Origin: the human T2T-CHM13v2.0 reference genome, Homo sapiens
Assembly: GCA_009914755.4 (NCBI GenBank)
Contig: CP068257.2
Location: 6,144,001 to 6,208,000, forward strand
DNA length: 64,000 nucleotides
Direction of reading: 5' to 3'
Of this stretch, positions 1 to 25,127 are shown in pieces. Numbering within the stretch: position 1 is the first letter of the stretch; each line of letters starts with the position of its first letter. The notes below the pieces were generated by a model. It did not search any database and was not told the origin of the DNA. It saw nothing but the letters and a program-made list of their open reading frames with translations. The position numbers and the translations under genes are program-made.

Positions 1-1169
1 GCCTATGGGGGCATAGTGACATATCTCTGCACTGATCACTCATGTGATGTAAGGCTTTTCTAAGCTGCGCCTAAAGGGGAATTGTGACAGATATCTCCAC
101 TGATCACCCAGGTGATGTAACAATTTTCTGGGATTTGTCTAAAGGGGGCTTTGTGACATGTCTTTGCACCGATCACCCTGGAGATGTAACTCTCGTCTAG
201 GATCGGCCTACAGGGGCTTTGTGACATATTCCTACACTGATCACACAGGTGTTGTAACTCTTGTTTAGGCTCCACCTACAGGGGGTATCGTGACGTATCT
301 CTGCATTGATCATCCAGGTGATGTAACTCTTGTCTAGACTCCACCTACAGGGGGTATTGTGACGTATCTCTGCACTGATCACCCAGGTGATGTAACATTT
401 ATGTAGGCTCTGCCTACAGGGGCGTTTTGACATAGCTCTGCACAGATCACCTAAATTATGTAACTCTTGCTCACTCTCTGCCTACAGGGGGCATTGTGAA
501 ATATCTCGGCACTGGTCACCCAGGTGATGGGACTCCTCTCTATACTCTGCCTAGAGGGGGATTTTTGACATATCTCTGCACTGATCTCCCAGGTGATGGA
601 AATCTTGTCTAGGCTCTGTCTATGGGGGCATTGTATCTAATATCTGCACTTATCACCCAGGTGATGTAACTCTTGTCTAGGCTCTGTCTACAGGGATTTT
701 TGTGACATATCACTGCTCTAATCACCTAGGTGATGTAAGCTTTGTATGGGCTTTGCCTACAGAAGGCTTTGTGATATATCTCTGCACTGATGTCTGAGGT
801 GATGCAACTCTTGTCTAGGCACGGCCTCCAGGGGACATTGGTACATATCTCTGCACTGATCACCCAGGTGATGGACTCTTGTCTTATATTTGCCTACATG
901 GACATTGTGACACATCTCTGAACTGATCAACCAAGTGATGAAACTCTTGTCTAGGCTCTGCCTACAGGGGCTTTGTGACTCATCTCTGCACTGATCACCC
1001 TGGGGAGGGAACTCTTGTCTACGGTCTGCCTACAGGAGTTTTCATGACTCATACCTGCACTGATAACCTAGGTGATGCAAATCTTCTCTAGGCTCTACAG
1101 GGAGGGGGCATTGTGACATATTTCTGAACGGATCATCCAGGAGATGTAACTATTCTCCAGGCTTTGACT
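1..1169. repeat. beta-satellite (Sau3A 68-bp family) tandem array, orientation 1
   Basis: ~68-bp periodicity with a GATC in every monomer ('cactgatcacccaggtgatg...'); monomers 75-95% identical to those elsewhere in the window. Confidence 0.9.
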
Positions 1170-3940
<2,771 letters not shown>

Positions 3941-6900
3941 CATCTCTGAACTGATCAACAAAATGATGTAACTCTTCTCTAGGCTCTGCCTACAGGGGTT
4001 TTGTGACATATCTCTGCACTGATGTCCCAGGTGATGGGACTTTTTTCCAGGCTCTGCCTATGTGGGCATTGTGACATATCTCTACACTGATCATCCAGGT
4101 GATGTAACTATTGTGTTGGATCTGCCTATGGGGGCATTGTGACATACTTCTTCACTGATCAACCAGGTGATGGGACACTTGTCTACGCTCTGTGTATGTG
4201 GGCTTTGTGACATATCTCTGCACTGATCACCCATGTGATGTAACGCTTGACTAGACTCTGCCTACGGGGCATAGTGACATATCGCCGCATTGATCACTGA
4301 GGTGATGTAACTCTTGTCCAGGCTCTGCCCATAGGGGGCCTTGTGACATATCTCTGCACTGATTATCTTGGTGATGCAACTCTTTCTTACGCTCTGCCTG
4401 CAGGGGCATTGTGAAATATCTCTGCACTGATCACCCCGGTGATGCGACTTTTCTCCAGGCTCTGCCTGCTGGGGGCATTGTCACATATTTCCGCATTGAT
4501 CACCCAGGTGACGGACTCTTTTCTTGGATTTGCCTATGGGGGCATTGTGACATATCTCTGCACTGATCACCCAGGTGATATAACTCTGCTCTAAGCTCTG
4601 CCTAAAGGGGAATTGTGACAGATCTGTGCACTGATCACTCAGGTGATGCAAGTATTGTCGAGGCTCTGCTTAAAGGGGCCTTGTCACATATCTCTGCACT
4701 CATCACCCAGGTGATGTAACTCTTGTCTAGGCTCTGCTAACAGGGGGTATTGTGACATATCCCTGCACTGATCACCAAAGTGATGTAACACTTGTGTAGG
4801 CTCTGCCTACAGGGGCATTTTGACATATCTCTACACTGTTAACCGAGGTGATGTAACTCTTGTCTACGCTGTGCCCACAGGGGGATTGAGACATATCTCT
4901 GCACTGATCCCGAGGTGATCCAACTCTTGCCTGGTCTCTGCCTACTGGGGACATTGTGACATATCTCTGCACTGATCTCCAAGGTGCTGTAACTTTAGTC
5001 TAGGCTCTGGCTACATGGCATTGTGATATATCACTGCACTGATCACCCAGGTGATATAACACTTTTCTAGGCTCTGGCTACAGGGGCCTTGTGACATATC
5101 TCTGCACTGATCACCCAGGTGATATAACTCTTCTCTACGATCTGCCAACAGTGTGCTTTGTGATATATCCCTGCAATGATCACCCAGGTGATATACCACT
5201 TGTCAAGGCTCTGCCTACAGGGGCATTGCGATGTATCTCTTCACTGATCACCTGGGTCATGTAACTCTTGCCTGGGCTCTGCCTACAGTGGCATTGTGAC
5301 ATATCTCTGCACTGATCACCCAGGTGATGTAACTCTTTTCTAGGATATGCCTAAAGGGTGTTTTGGGACATATCACTGCAATGATCACCCAGATGATATA
5401 ACACTTGTCAAGGCTCTGCCTACAGGGACATTGTGAGGTATCTCTGTCCTGATAACCTACGTCGTGTAACACTTGTCTAGGCTCTGCCTACAGTGGCATT
5501 GTGACATATCTCTGCACTGATCATCTAAGTGATGTAACTCTTGTCTAGGATCTGTCTAAAGGGACTTTGTGACATAACTCTGCACTGATCATCCAGGTGA
5601 TTGGGCTTTTGTCTAGGCTCTGCCTTAGGGGGCATTGTGACGTATTTCTGCACTGATCACCCAGGTGACAGACTCTTGTCTTGGATCTGCCTATGGGGGC
5701 ATTGTGACATATCTCTGCACTGATCATCCAGGTGATGTAACTGTTGTATAAGCTCTGCCAACAGGGGAATTCTGATAGATCTCGCTACTGATCACCCAAG
5801 TGATGTAACTATTGTCTAGGCTTTGCCTACAGGGGGCTTTGAGACATAACTTTGCCCTGATAACCCAGGTGACGTAACTCATCTAAGTTCTGCCTACAGG
5901 AGCTTGTGACATTTTTCTGCACTGATCACTTAGGTGATGAAACACTTTTATAAGCACTGCCTACAGGGAATTTCGACAAATCTCTGCACTGATTACCTAG
6001 GTGATGTAACTCTTGTCTACCCTCTGCCGAAAGGGGGCATAGTGAAATATCTCTGCACTCATCACCCAGGTCATTCAACTCTTGTCTAGGATCCGCCTGC
6101 AGGGATTATTGTGAAATATCTCTGCACTGATCAACTGGGTGATGTAACTCTTGTCTAGGCTCTGCCTACAGGGGCGTTTTTACATATCCCTGAACTGATG
6201 ACAAAGGTGATGTAACCCTTCTCTAGGCTCTGCCAAAAGGGGCGTTTTGACATATGCCTGAACTGATGAAAAATGTGATTTGGCTCTTGCCTAGTCTTTG
6301 CCTACAGGGAACATTGTGACATATCTCTGCACTGATCACCCAGGTGATGTAACTCTTTTCTATTCTCTGCCTACAGAGGGCGTTGTGACATCATTCTGCA
6401 CAGATCACCCGGGTTATGTAACTCTTATCTAGGCTCTGACTATGGGGGCTTTGTGACTTATCTCTGCACTGATCACGCAGGAGATGTGACTCTTGTCTAA
6501 GCTCTGCCTTGAGAGACTTTGGGACATATCTCTGCAGTGATCACTGAGGTGATGTAAAACTTGTCTAGGCTTTGCCTACAGTGGGATTTATGACATATCT
6601 CTGCACTGATGACCCAGGTGGTGTAACTCTTGTCTAGGCTCTGCCTACAGGGGCATTTTAACATATCACTGCACTGATCACCGAGATGATGTAACTCTTG
6701 TATAGGCTTCGCTGACAGGGGGCATTGACACATATCTCTTCACTGATCACTGAGGTGATGCAACTCTTGTCTGGGATCAGCATACAGGGGGCATTGTGGC
6801 ATATCTCTGTCCTGATCACCCAGGTGATGTAACTCTTGTCTAGGCTCTGCCTAATGGAGACATTGTGACATATCTCCGCACTGATCAACCAGGTGATGTC

Positions 6901-8964
6901 AGTATTGTCAAGGATATGGCTGCAGGGACACTGTGACATGTCACTGCACTCATCACCCAACTGATGTAACACTTGTCTAGGCTCTGGCTACAGGGGGCTT
7001 GTGACACATCTCTTCACTGATCACCAGGTGAAGTAACCCTTGTCTAGGCTCTGCCTACAGGGGTATTGTGACATATCTCTGCAGTGATCACGCAGGTGAT
7101 GAAACTCTTGTCTATATCTGCCTTCTGGCGCCATTGAGACTTACTTCTGCACTTATCACCCAGGTGATGTACTCTTGTCTTGGATCTACCCATGGGGGCA
7201 TAGTGACATATCTCTGCACTGATCACTCATGTGATGTAACGCTTGACTAAGCTGCGCCTAAAAGGGGAATTGTGTCAGATATCTCCACTGATCACCCAGG
7301 TGATGTAACAATTTTCTGGGATTTGTCTACCGGGGGCTTTGTGACATATCTTTTCACTGATCACCCAGGAGATGTAACCCTTTTCTAGGCTCAGCCTACA
7401 GGGGCTTTGTGACATATTTCTGCACTGATCACCCAGGAGATGTAACTCTTGTTTAGGCTATGTCTACAGGGGCTTTGTGACATATTTCTGTAGTGAACAC
7501 CCAGGTGATGTAACTGTTGTCTAGGCTCCACCTACAGGGGGTATTGTGACGTATCTCTGCACTGATCACCCAGGTGATGTAACATTTACCTAAGCTCTGC
7601 CTACAGGGGCGTTTTGACATTGCTCTGCACAGATCACCTATGTTATTTAACTCTTGTCCACTCTCTGACTACAGGGGACATTATGAAATATCTCTGCACT
7701 GATCATCCAGGTGATGGGACTCTTCTCTATACTCTGCCTAGAGGGGGATTTGTGACATATCTCTGCACTGATCACCCAGGTGATGGAAGTCTTGTCTAGG
7801 CTCTCTCTATGGGGATACTGTGTCAAATATCTGCACTGATCACCCAGGTGATGTAACTCTTTTCTAGGATTTGTCTACAGAGATTTTTGTGACATATCAC
7901 TGCACTGATCACCTAGGTGATGTAATCATTGTATGGGCTTTGCCTACAGAAGGCTTTGTGACATATCTATGCACTGATCTCTGAGGTGATGCAACTCTTG
8001 TCTAGGCACTGCCTACAGAGGACATTGGTACATATCTCTGCACAGATCACCCAGGTGATGGACTCTAGATCTGCCTACATGGACATTGTGACACATCTCT
8101 GAACTGATCAACTAAGTGATGAAACACTTGTCTAGGCTCTGCCTGCAGGGGCTTTGTGACACATCTCTGCACTGATCACCCTGGGGTGGGATCTCTTGTC
8201 TATGCTCTGCCTACAGGAGGCTTTATGACTTATACCTGCACTGATAACCTAGGTGATGTAACACTTGTCCAGACTCTGCCTACACGGGAATTCCCAGATA
8301 TCTCTTCACTGATCACCCAGGTGATGTAACTCCTGTCTAGGGTCAGCCTACAGGAGGGTTTTGACATATCCCTGCACTGATCACCCAGGTGATGTAACAC
8401 TTGTCTAAGCTCTACCTACAGGGGCATTGAGACAGATCTATCCACTGCTCACCCAGGTGATGCAACAATTGTCTGGGCTTTTCCTACAGGGGCTTTGTGA
8501 TATATATTTCCACTGATCAAACAGGTGATGTAACCCTTGTCAAGGTTCTGCTTACTGGGGATTTGTGACATATCTCCTCACTGATCACCCCAGGGAGGAA
8601 ACACTTGTCTACACTCTGCCTACAGGAGGCTTTATGACTTATCCCTGCACGGATCAGTAGGTGATGTAACACTTGTCTAGGCTCTGTCTTCATAGGAATT
8701 TTCACATATCTCTACACTGATCACCTAAGTGATGTAACCCCTGTCTAGGTTCAGCCTACTGGGGATTTCTGACATACCTATGCACTGACCACCGAGGTGA
8801 TGTAAATCATTTCCAGGCTTTTTGTACAGGGGACATTGTGATATATCTCTGCACTGATCACCCAAATGATGCAAATCTTCTCTAGGCTCCGCAGGGAGGG
8901 GCATTGTGACATATTTCTTATCCGATCATCCAGGAGATATAACAATTCTCCAGTCTCTGACTAA
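3941..8964. repeat. beta-satellite tandem array, orientation 1
   Basis: 68-bp GATC-containing monomers; about 74 monomers. Confidence 0.9.
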
Positions 8965-11742
<2,778 letters not shown>

Positions 11743-14700
11743 ACTGATCAACAAAGTGATGAAACACTTGTCTAGGCTCTGCCTACAGGGGCTTTTTGTC
11801 ATATCTCTGCACTGATCACCCTGGTGATGTAACTCTTTTCTTGGATCTGCCTATGGGGGCATTGTGACATATTTCTGCACTGATCACCCAGGTGATGAGA
11901 CTCTTGTCTAGGCTCTGTGTATGGGGGCATTGTGACATATCTCTGCACTGATCACACAGGTGAGGTAACGCTTCACTACGCTCTGCCTACGGGACCTAGT
12001 GATATATCGCTGCATTGATCACTGAGGTGATGTAACTCTTGTCCAGGCTCTGCCTATAGGGGGCCTTGTGACATATCTCTGCACTGATCATGTAGGTGAT
12101 GTAACACTTGCATATGCTCTGCCTGCAGGGGCATTGTGAAATATCTCTGCACTGATCACTCAGGTGATGGGACTCTTCTCTAGGCTCTGCCTACTCGGGA
12201 CATTGTCACATATTTCTGCACTGATCACCCAGGTGACCGACTCTTGTCTTGGATTTCCTATGGGGGCATTGTGACATATCTCTGCACTGATCACCCAGGT
12301 GATGTAACTCTGATGTAAGCTCTGCCTAAAGGGGCATTGTGACAGACCTCTGCACTGATCACTCAGGTGATGTAACTATTGTCTAGGCTCTGCTTAACGG
12401 GGCCTTCTCACATATCTCTGCACTGATCACCCAGGTGACATAACTCTTGTCTAGGCTTTGCTTACAGGGGGTATTGTGACATATCTCTGCACTGATCACC
12501 TAAGTGATGTAACACTTGTGTAGGCTCTGCCTACAGGGGCATTTTGACATATCTCTGCACTGGTAGCCGTGGTAATGTAACACTTGTCTAGCCCGTGCCC
12601 ACAGGGGGATTGAAACATATCTCTGCACAGATAATCCAAGAGATGTAACCCTTGTCTAGGATCTGCCAAAAGAGACTTTGTGACATAACTCTGCACTGAT
12701 CATCCAGGTGATGGGGCTTTTGTCTAGGCTCTGCCTAAGGGGACATTGTGACATATTTCTGCACTGATCACCCAGGTGACAGACTCTTGTCTTGGATCTG
12801 CCTATGGCGGCATTGTGACATATCTCTGCACTGATCACCCAGGTGATGTAACTGTTTTATAAGCTCTGCCTACAGGGGAATTGTGAGAGATCTCGCCACT
12901 GATCACCCAAGTGATGTAACTATTGTCTAGGCTTTGCCTACAGGGGGCTTTGGGACATACCTTTGCACTGATCACCCAGGTGATGTAGCTCATCTAAGTT
13001 CTGCCTACAGGAGCTTTGTGACATATGTCTGCACTGATCACTTAGGTGATGTAACACTTTTATAAGCACTGCCTACAGGGAATTTTGACAAATCTCCTCA
13101 CTGATCACCTAGGTGATGTAACTCTTGTCTACCCTCTGTCCAAAGGGGACACTGTGAAGTATCTCTGCACTGATCACCCAGGTGATTCAACTCTTGTCCA
13201 GGATCTGCCTAAAGGGGGTATTGTGAAATATCTCTGCACTGATAAACTAGGTGATGTAACTGTTTTCTGGGCTCTGCCTACAGGGGCGTGTTCACATATC
13301 CCTGAACTGACGACAAAGGTGATGTAACTCTTGCCTACGCTTTGCCTACGGGGGACATTGTGACATATCTCTGCACTGATCACCCAGGTGATGCAACTCT
13401 TCTCTATGCTCTCCCTAGAGGGGACATTGTGACATATCTCTGAACTGATCACCCAGGTGATGCCACTCTTCTCAATGTTCTGCCTACAGGGGGCATTGTG
13501 ACTAATCTCTGTACTGATCACCCAGGTGATGTAACTCTTTTATTGTCTCTGCCTACAGAGGGTGTTGTGACATCACTCTGCACGGATCACCCGGGTTATG
13601 TAACTCTTGTCTAGGCTCTGCCTATGGGGGCATTGTGACTTATCTCTGCACTGATCACCCGGGAGATGTGACTCTTGTCTAAGCTCTGCCTAGAGGGACA
13701 TTGGGACATATCTCTGCACTGATCGCTGTGGTGATGTAAAACATGTCTAGGCTTTCCCTTCAGTGGGATTTGTGACATATCTCTGCCCTGATCACCCAGG
13801 TGATGTAACTCTTGTCTAGGTTCTGCTCACAGGGGGTGTTGTGAGATATCTCTGCACTGATCACCCAGGTGATGTAACTCTTGTTAGGCTCTGCCTACAG
13901 GAGCATTTTAACATATCACTGCACCGATTACGGAGAAGATGTAACTCTTGTATAGGCTTCATCGACCAGGGTCATTGAGACATATCTCTCCACTGATCAC
14001 CGAGGTGATTCAACTCTTGTCTGGGATCTGCTTATAGGGGGCATTGTGACATATCTCTGTCCTGATCACCCAGGTGATGTAACTCTTGTCTAGGCTCTGC
14101 CTACTGGAGACATTGTGACATATCTCTGCACTGATCACCCAGGTGATGCATCTCTTGTCTAGGCTCTGCCTACTGGAGACATTGTGACATATCTCCGCAC
14201 TGATCACCCAGGTGATGTCACTTTTTTCAAGGATATGGCTACAGGGACACTGTGACATGTCACTGCACTGATCACACAGCTGATGTAACCCTTGTCTAGG
14301 CTCTGGCTACAGGGGGCTTGTGACACATCTCTGCACTGATCACCCAGGTGATGTAACCCTTGTCTAGGCTCTGCCAAAAGGGGGCTTTTTGACATAACTC
14401 TGCACTGATCACCCAGGTGATGGGACCCTTGTCTAGGCTCTGCCTACAGGGGCATTGTGACATATCTCTGCAGTGATCAAGCAGGTGATGTAACTCTTGT
14501 CTATATCTGCCTACTGGCGGCATTGTGGCATATTTCTGCACTGATCACCCAGGTGATGGACTGTTGTCTTGGATCTGCCTATGGGGGCATAGTGACATAT
14601 ATCTGCACTGTTCACTCATGTGACGTAACATTTGTCTATGCTGCACCTAAAGGGGAATTGTGACAGATATCACAACTGACCACCCAGGTGATGTAACAAT

Positions 14701-17104
14701 TTTCTGGGATTTGTCTACATTGGGCTTTGTGACATATCTTTTCACTGATCTCCCAGGAGATGTAGCTCTATTCTAGGCTCGGCCTACAGGGTCTTTGTGA
14801 CATATTTCTGCACTGATCACCTAAGTGATGTAACACTTGTGTAGGCTCTGCCTACAGGGGCATTTTGACATATCCCTGCACTGTTAACCGAGGTGATGTA
14901 ACTCTTGTCTAGGCTGTGCCCACAAGGGGATTGAGACATATCTCTTCCCTGATCCCGAGTTGATCCAACTCTTGCCTGCTCTCTGCCTACTGGGGACATT
15001 GTGACATGTCTCAGCACTGATTTCCCAGGTGCTGTAACTTTAATCTAGGCTCTGGCTACACGGCATTTTGACATATCACTGCACTGATCACCCAGGTGAT
15101 ATAACTCTTTTCTAGGCTCTGCCTACAGGGGACTTGTGACATATCTCTGCACTGATCACCCAGGTGATATAACTCTACTCTAGGATCTCCCTACAAGTTG
15201 CTTTGTGACATATCCCTGCAATGATCACCCAGGTGATATACCACTTGTCAATGCTCTGCCTACAGGGGCATTGCGATGTATCTCTGCACAGATCACCTAG
15301 GTCATGGAACTCTCGTCTAGGCTCTGCCTACAGTGGCATTGTGACATATCTCTGCACTGATCACCCAGGTGATGTAACCCTTTTCTAGTATCTGCCTACA
15401 GGGTGCTTTGTGACATAGCCCTGCAATGATCCCCTAGGTGATGTACCTCTTGTCAAAGCTCTGCCTGCATTGCGATGTATCTCTGCAATGATCACTTAGG
15501 TCATATAACCCTTGTCTAGGCTCAGCCTACAGTGGCATTGTGACATATTTTTGCACTGATCATCCAAGTGATGTAACTCTTGTCTAGGATCTGCCTAAAG
15601 GGACTTTGTGACATTACTCTGCACTGATCACCCAGGTGATGGGACTCTTGTCTAGGCTCAACCATCACGGGGTACTGTGATGTATCTCTGCACTGATCAC
15701 CCAGGTGATGTAACATTTATCTAGGCTCTGCCTACAGGGGCGTTTTGACATAGCTCTGCACAGATCACCTAGATTATGTAACTCTTGTCCACTCTCTGCC
15801 TACAGGGGGCATTGTGAAATATCCCCTCACTGATCACCCAGGTGATGGTACCCTTCTCTATAGTCTACCTAGAGAGGGATTTGTGACATTTCTCTGCACT
15901 GATCACCCAGGTGATGGAAGTCTTGTCTAGGCTCTGTCTATGGGAGCATTGTGTCAAATATCAGCAATGATCACCCAGGTGATGTAACTCTTTTCTAGGC
16001 TCTGTCTACAGGGATTTTTGGGACATATCACTTCACTGATAAGCTAGGTGATGTAAGCCTTGTATGGGCTTTGCCTACAGAAGGCTTTGTGACATACCTC
16101 TGCACTGATCTCTGAGGTGATGCAACTCTTGTCTAGGCACCGCCTACTGGGGACATTGGTACATAGCTCTGCACTGATCACCCAAGTGATGAACACTTGT
16201 CTTAGATCTGCCTACATGGACACTGTGACACATCTCTGAACTGATCAACCAAGTGATGAAACTCTTGTCTAGGCTCTGCCTACAGGGGCTTTGTGACACA
16301 TCTCTTCAATGATCACCCTGGGGAGGGAACTCTTGTCTACGCTCTGCCTGCAGGAGGCTTTATGACTTATACCTGCACTGATAACCTAGGTGATGTAACA
16401 CTTGTCTAGGCTCTGCCTACACGGGAATTCTCACATATCTCTGCACTGATCACCCGGGTGATGTATCTCCTGTCTAGGTTCAGCCTACAGGAGCGTTTTG
16501 ACATATCTCTGCACTGATCACCCAGTTGACGTAACACTTGTCTAAGCTCTGCCTACAGGGGCATTGTGACAGATCTCTCCACTGCTCACCCAGGTGATTT
16601 AACAATTGTCTTGGCTTTGCCTACAGGGGCCTTTGTGATACACATTTCCACTGATCAAGCAGGTGATGTAACCCATGTCAAGGTTCTGTTTACAGGGCTT
16701 TTGTGACATATCTCTGCACTGATCTGCCCAGGGAGGAAACACTTGTCTACACTCTACCTTCAGGACGCTTTACGACTTTTCCCTGCACTGATCACTAGGT
16801 GATGTAACACTTGTCTAGGCTCTGTCTACACGGGAATTGTCACATACTTCTACACTGATCACCTAAGTGATGTAACCCTTGTCTATGTTCAGCCTACTGG
16901 GGATTTCTGACATACCTATGCGCTGATCACCGAGGTGATGTAAATCATTTCCAGGCTTTTTGTACAGGGGACATTGTGATATATCTCTGCACTGATCACC
17001 CAAATGATGCAAATCTTCTCTGGGCTCCACAGGGAGGGGGCATTGTGACATATTTCTGAACTGATCATCCAGGAGATGTAACTATTCTCCACGCTTCGAC
17101 TAAA
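11743..17104. repeat. beta-satellite tandem array, orientation 1
   Basis: 68-bp GATC monomers. Confidence 0.9.
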
Positions 17105-19250
<2,146 letters not shown>

Positions 19251-21824
19251 ATCTCTGAACTGATCAACAAAGTGATGTAACAATTGTCTAGGCTGTTCCT
19301 GCAGGGGCTTTGTGACATATCTGTGAACTCATCGCCCAGGTGACGGGACTTTTGTCTAGGCTCTGCCTATGGGGGCATTGTGACATATCTCTACACTGAT
19401 CACCCAAGTGATGTAACTCTTGTGTTGTGTCTGCCTATGGGGTCATTGTGACATATTTCTGCAATGATCACCCAGGTGATGGGACACTTGTCTAGGCTCT
19501 GTGTATGGGGGCTTTGTGACATATCTCTGCACTGATCAGCAAGGAGATGTAACGCTTGACTAGGCTCTGCCTACGGGCATAGTGACATATCACTGCATTG
19601 ATCACTGAGCTGATGTAACTCTTGACCAGGCTCTGCCTATAGGGGGCTTGTGACATATCTCTGCACTGATCACCCAGGTGATATAACTCTTGTCTAGGGT
19701 CTGCCTACAGGGGGCTTGTGACATATCTCTGCACTGATCACCCAGGTGATATAACACTTCTCTAGGAACTGCCTACAGGATGCTTTGTGATATATCCCTG
19801 CAATGATCACCCAGGTGATATACCACTTGTCAAGGCTCTGCCTACAGGGGCATTGCGATGTATCTCTGCACTAATCACCTAGGTAATGTAACTCATGTCT
19901 AGGCTCTGCCTACAGTGCCATAGTGAAATATCTCTACACTGATCACCCAGGTGATGTAACTCTTTTCTAGTATCTGCCTACAGGTTGCTTTGTGACACGT
20001 CCCTGCAATGATCACCTACGTGATATACCACTTGTCAAGGACCTGCCTACAGGGACATTGCGATGTATCTCAACACTGATCACCAAGGTCATGTAACAGT
20101 TGTCTAGGCTCTGCCTACAGTGGCATTGTGACATATCTCTGCACTGATCACCCAGGTCATGTAACTCTTTTCTAGTATCTGCCTACAGGGTTTTTTGTGA
20201 CATATCCCTGCAATGATCAACCGGGTGATGGGGCTTTTGTCTAGGCTCTGCCTAAGGGGGCATTGTGACGTATTTCTGCACTCATCACCCAGGTGACGGA
20301 CTCTTGTCTTGGATCTGCCTATTGGGGTATTTTGAGATATCTCTGCACTGATCACCCAGGTGATGGGACTCTTGTCTAGGCTCTGCCAAAAGGGGGCATT
20401 GTGACATATCTCTGCACTGATCACCCAGGTGAAGGGACTCTTGTCTAGGCTATGCCTACAGGGGCTTTGTGATATATTTCTGCAGTGATCATGCAGGTGA
20501 TGTAACTCTTGTCTATACCTGCCTACTGGCGGCATTGCGGCATACTTCTGCACTGATCACCCAGGTGATGGACTCTTGTCTTTGATCTGCCTATGGGGCC
20601 ATAGTGACATATCTCTGCACTGATCACTCATGTGATGTAACGCTTGTATAAACTGTGCCTAAAGGGCAATTGTGACAGTTATCTCCACTGATCACCCAGG
20701 TGATGTAACAATTTTCTGGGATTTGTCTACAAGGGGCTTTGTGACATATCTTTGCACTGATCTACCAGAGATGTAACCCTTGTCTAGGCTCGGCCTACAT
20801 GGGCTTTGTGACATATTTCTGCACTGATCACCCAGGTGATGTAACTCTTGTTTAGGCTCTGCCTACAGGGGCTTTGTGACATATCCCTGCACTGATCACC
20901 CAGCTGATGTAACTCCTTTCTAGGCTCCACCTACAGGGGGTATTGTGACATATCTCTGCAGTGATCACCCAGGTGATGTAACATTTCTAGGCTCTGCCTG
21001 CAGGGGCGTTTTGACATAGCTCTGCACAGATCACCTAGGTTATGTAACTCTTGTCCACTCTCTGCCTACAGGGGCATTGTCAAATATCTCTGCACTGATC
21101 ACCCAGATGATGGGACTCTTCTCCATACTCTGCCTAGATGGGGTTTGTGACATATCTCTGCACTGATCACCCAAGTGATGGAAGTCTTGTCTAGGCTCTG
21201 TCTATGGGGGCATTGTGTCAAATATCTGCACTGATCACCCAGGTGATGTAACAATTTTCTAGGCTCGGTCTACAGGGATTTTTGTGACATATCACTGCAC
21301 TGATCACCTAGGTGATGTAAGCCTTGTATGGGCTTTGCCTACAGAAGGCTTTGTAACATATCTATGCACTGATCTCTGAGGTGATTCAACCCTTGTCTAG
21401 GCACTGCCTACAGGGGACATTGGTACATATCTCTGCACTGATCACCCAGGTGATGGACTCTTGTCTTAGATCTGCCTACATGGACATTGTGACATATCTC
21501 TGAACTGATCAGCCAAGTGATGAAACTCTTGTCTAGGCTTTGCCTACAGGGATTTTGTGACACATCTCTGCACTGATCACCCTGGGGAGGGTACTCTTGT
21601 CCATGCTCTGGCTACAGGAGGCTTTATGACTTATACCCACACTGATAACCTAGGTGATGTGACAGTTGTCTAGGCTTTGCCTACACGGGAATTCTCACAT
21701 ATCTCTGCACTGATCACCCGGGTGATGCAAATCTTCTCTAGGCTCCACAGGGAGGGGTCATTGTGACATATTTCTGAACTGATCATCCAGGAGATGTAAC
21801 TATTCTCCAGGCTTTCTCTAAAGA
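19251..21824. repeat. beta-satellite tandem array, orientation 1
   Basis: 68-bp GATC monomers. The monomers at 19330-19640 are positional homologues of those at 4000-4330. Confidence 0.9.
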
Positions 21825-24514
<2,690 letters not shown>

Positions 24515-25127
24515 GGCCACCCTTTCAGGGGCTGGAGAGACGTGAGCAACAGGCCGCCTTGCAGAGGCCAAAACCACGCGCGGAAACCAAAATCACGCCT
24601 CTGTCGTCCTGAGTGTGGCTCCTCCGTGGTCGAGGCTGTCGGCCTCGTGCTCCATTGCAGGGCTCAGCCTGGGGATGTTCGGTCTGTGAACCATTCAGGT
24701 GAAAACCCGAGGGCAACTGTAGTCCCAGTCTTTTGTCTCTGAGGAAACCGCCCATTCCCTGGGCCACGGAATCGGGGAGAATGAGTGCCCCGCCGGCCGA
24801 CGCAGCGGCTGTGGGCAGAGCCCTCAGCCCACGCCGGACACTTACCGTTTTCCCGGAGGGCGGGGGTCCCATTCTTCCCGGATGCCAAAGACCACTTTTC
24901 CTCTCTGCCTTCCTCCCTCTGTCCCGGGCTCCCTCCTGCCCGCACCCAGTCCCTGTGTCACTGTGTCTTTCCCTCCCTTCCTCCCTGCCTCCCTCCCTCC
25001 CTCCCTCCCTCCCTACTAATGTCCCTCCAACAACCTTCCGTCCCTCTAGGTCTCCTGTTCCTCTCTCCAGCTCTGCCCGCCTTCGCTCTCACCTGGAACG
25101 CTGAGCGTCCCCGGTGTGCCCTGGGCC
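24515..25127. other. ~0.6-kb non-satellite, non-D4Z4 insertion joining unit D to the truncated unit E; contains a (CCCT)n tract
   Basis: Sequence after 'cagtcagcatg' diverges from all other unit ends ('gccaccctttcaggggctggagagacgtgagc...'). It has no 68-bp periodicity and no homology to other parts of the window. Confidence 0.6.
24971..25016. repeat. simple repeat (CCCT/CCTT)n
   Basis: 'ccctcccttcctccctgcctccctccctccctccctccctccct'. Confidence 0.85.
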
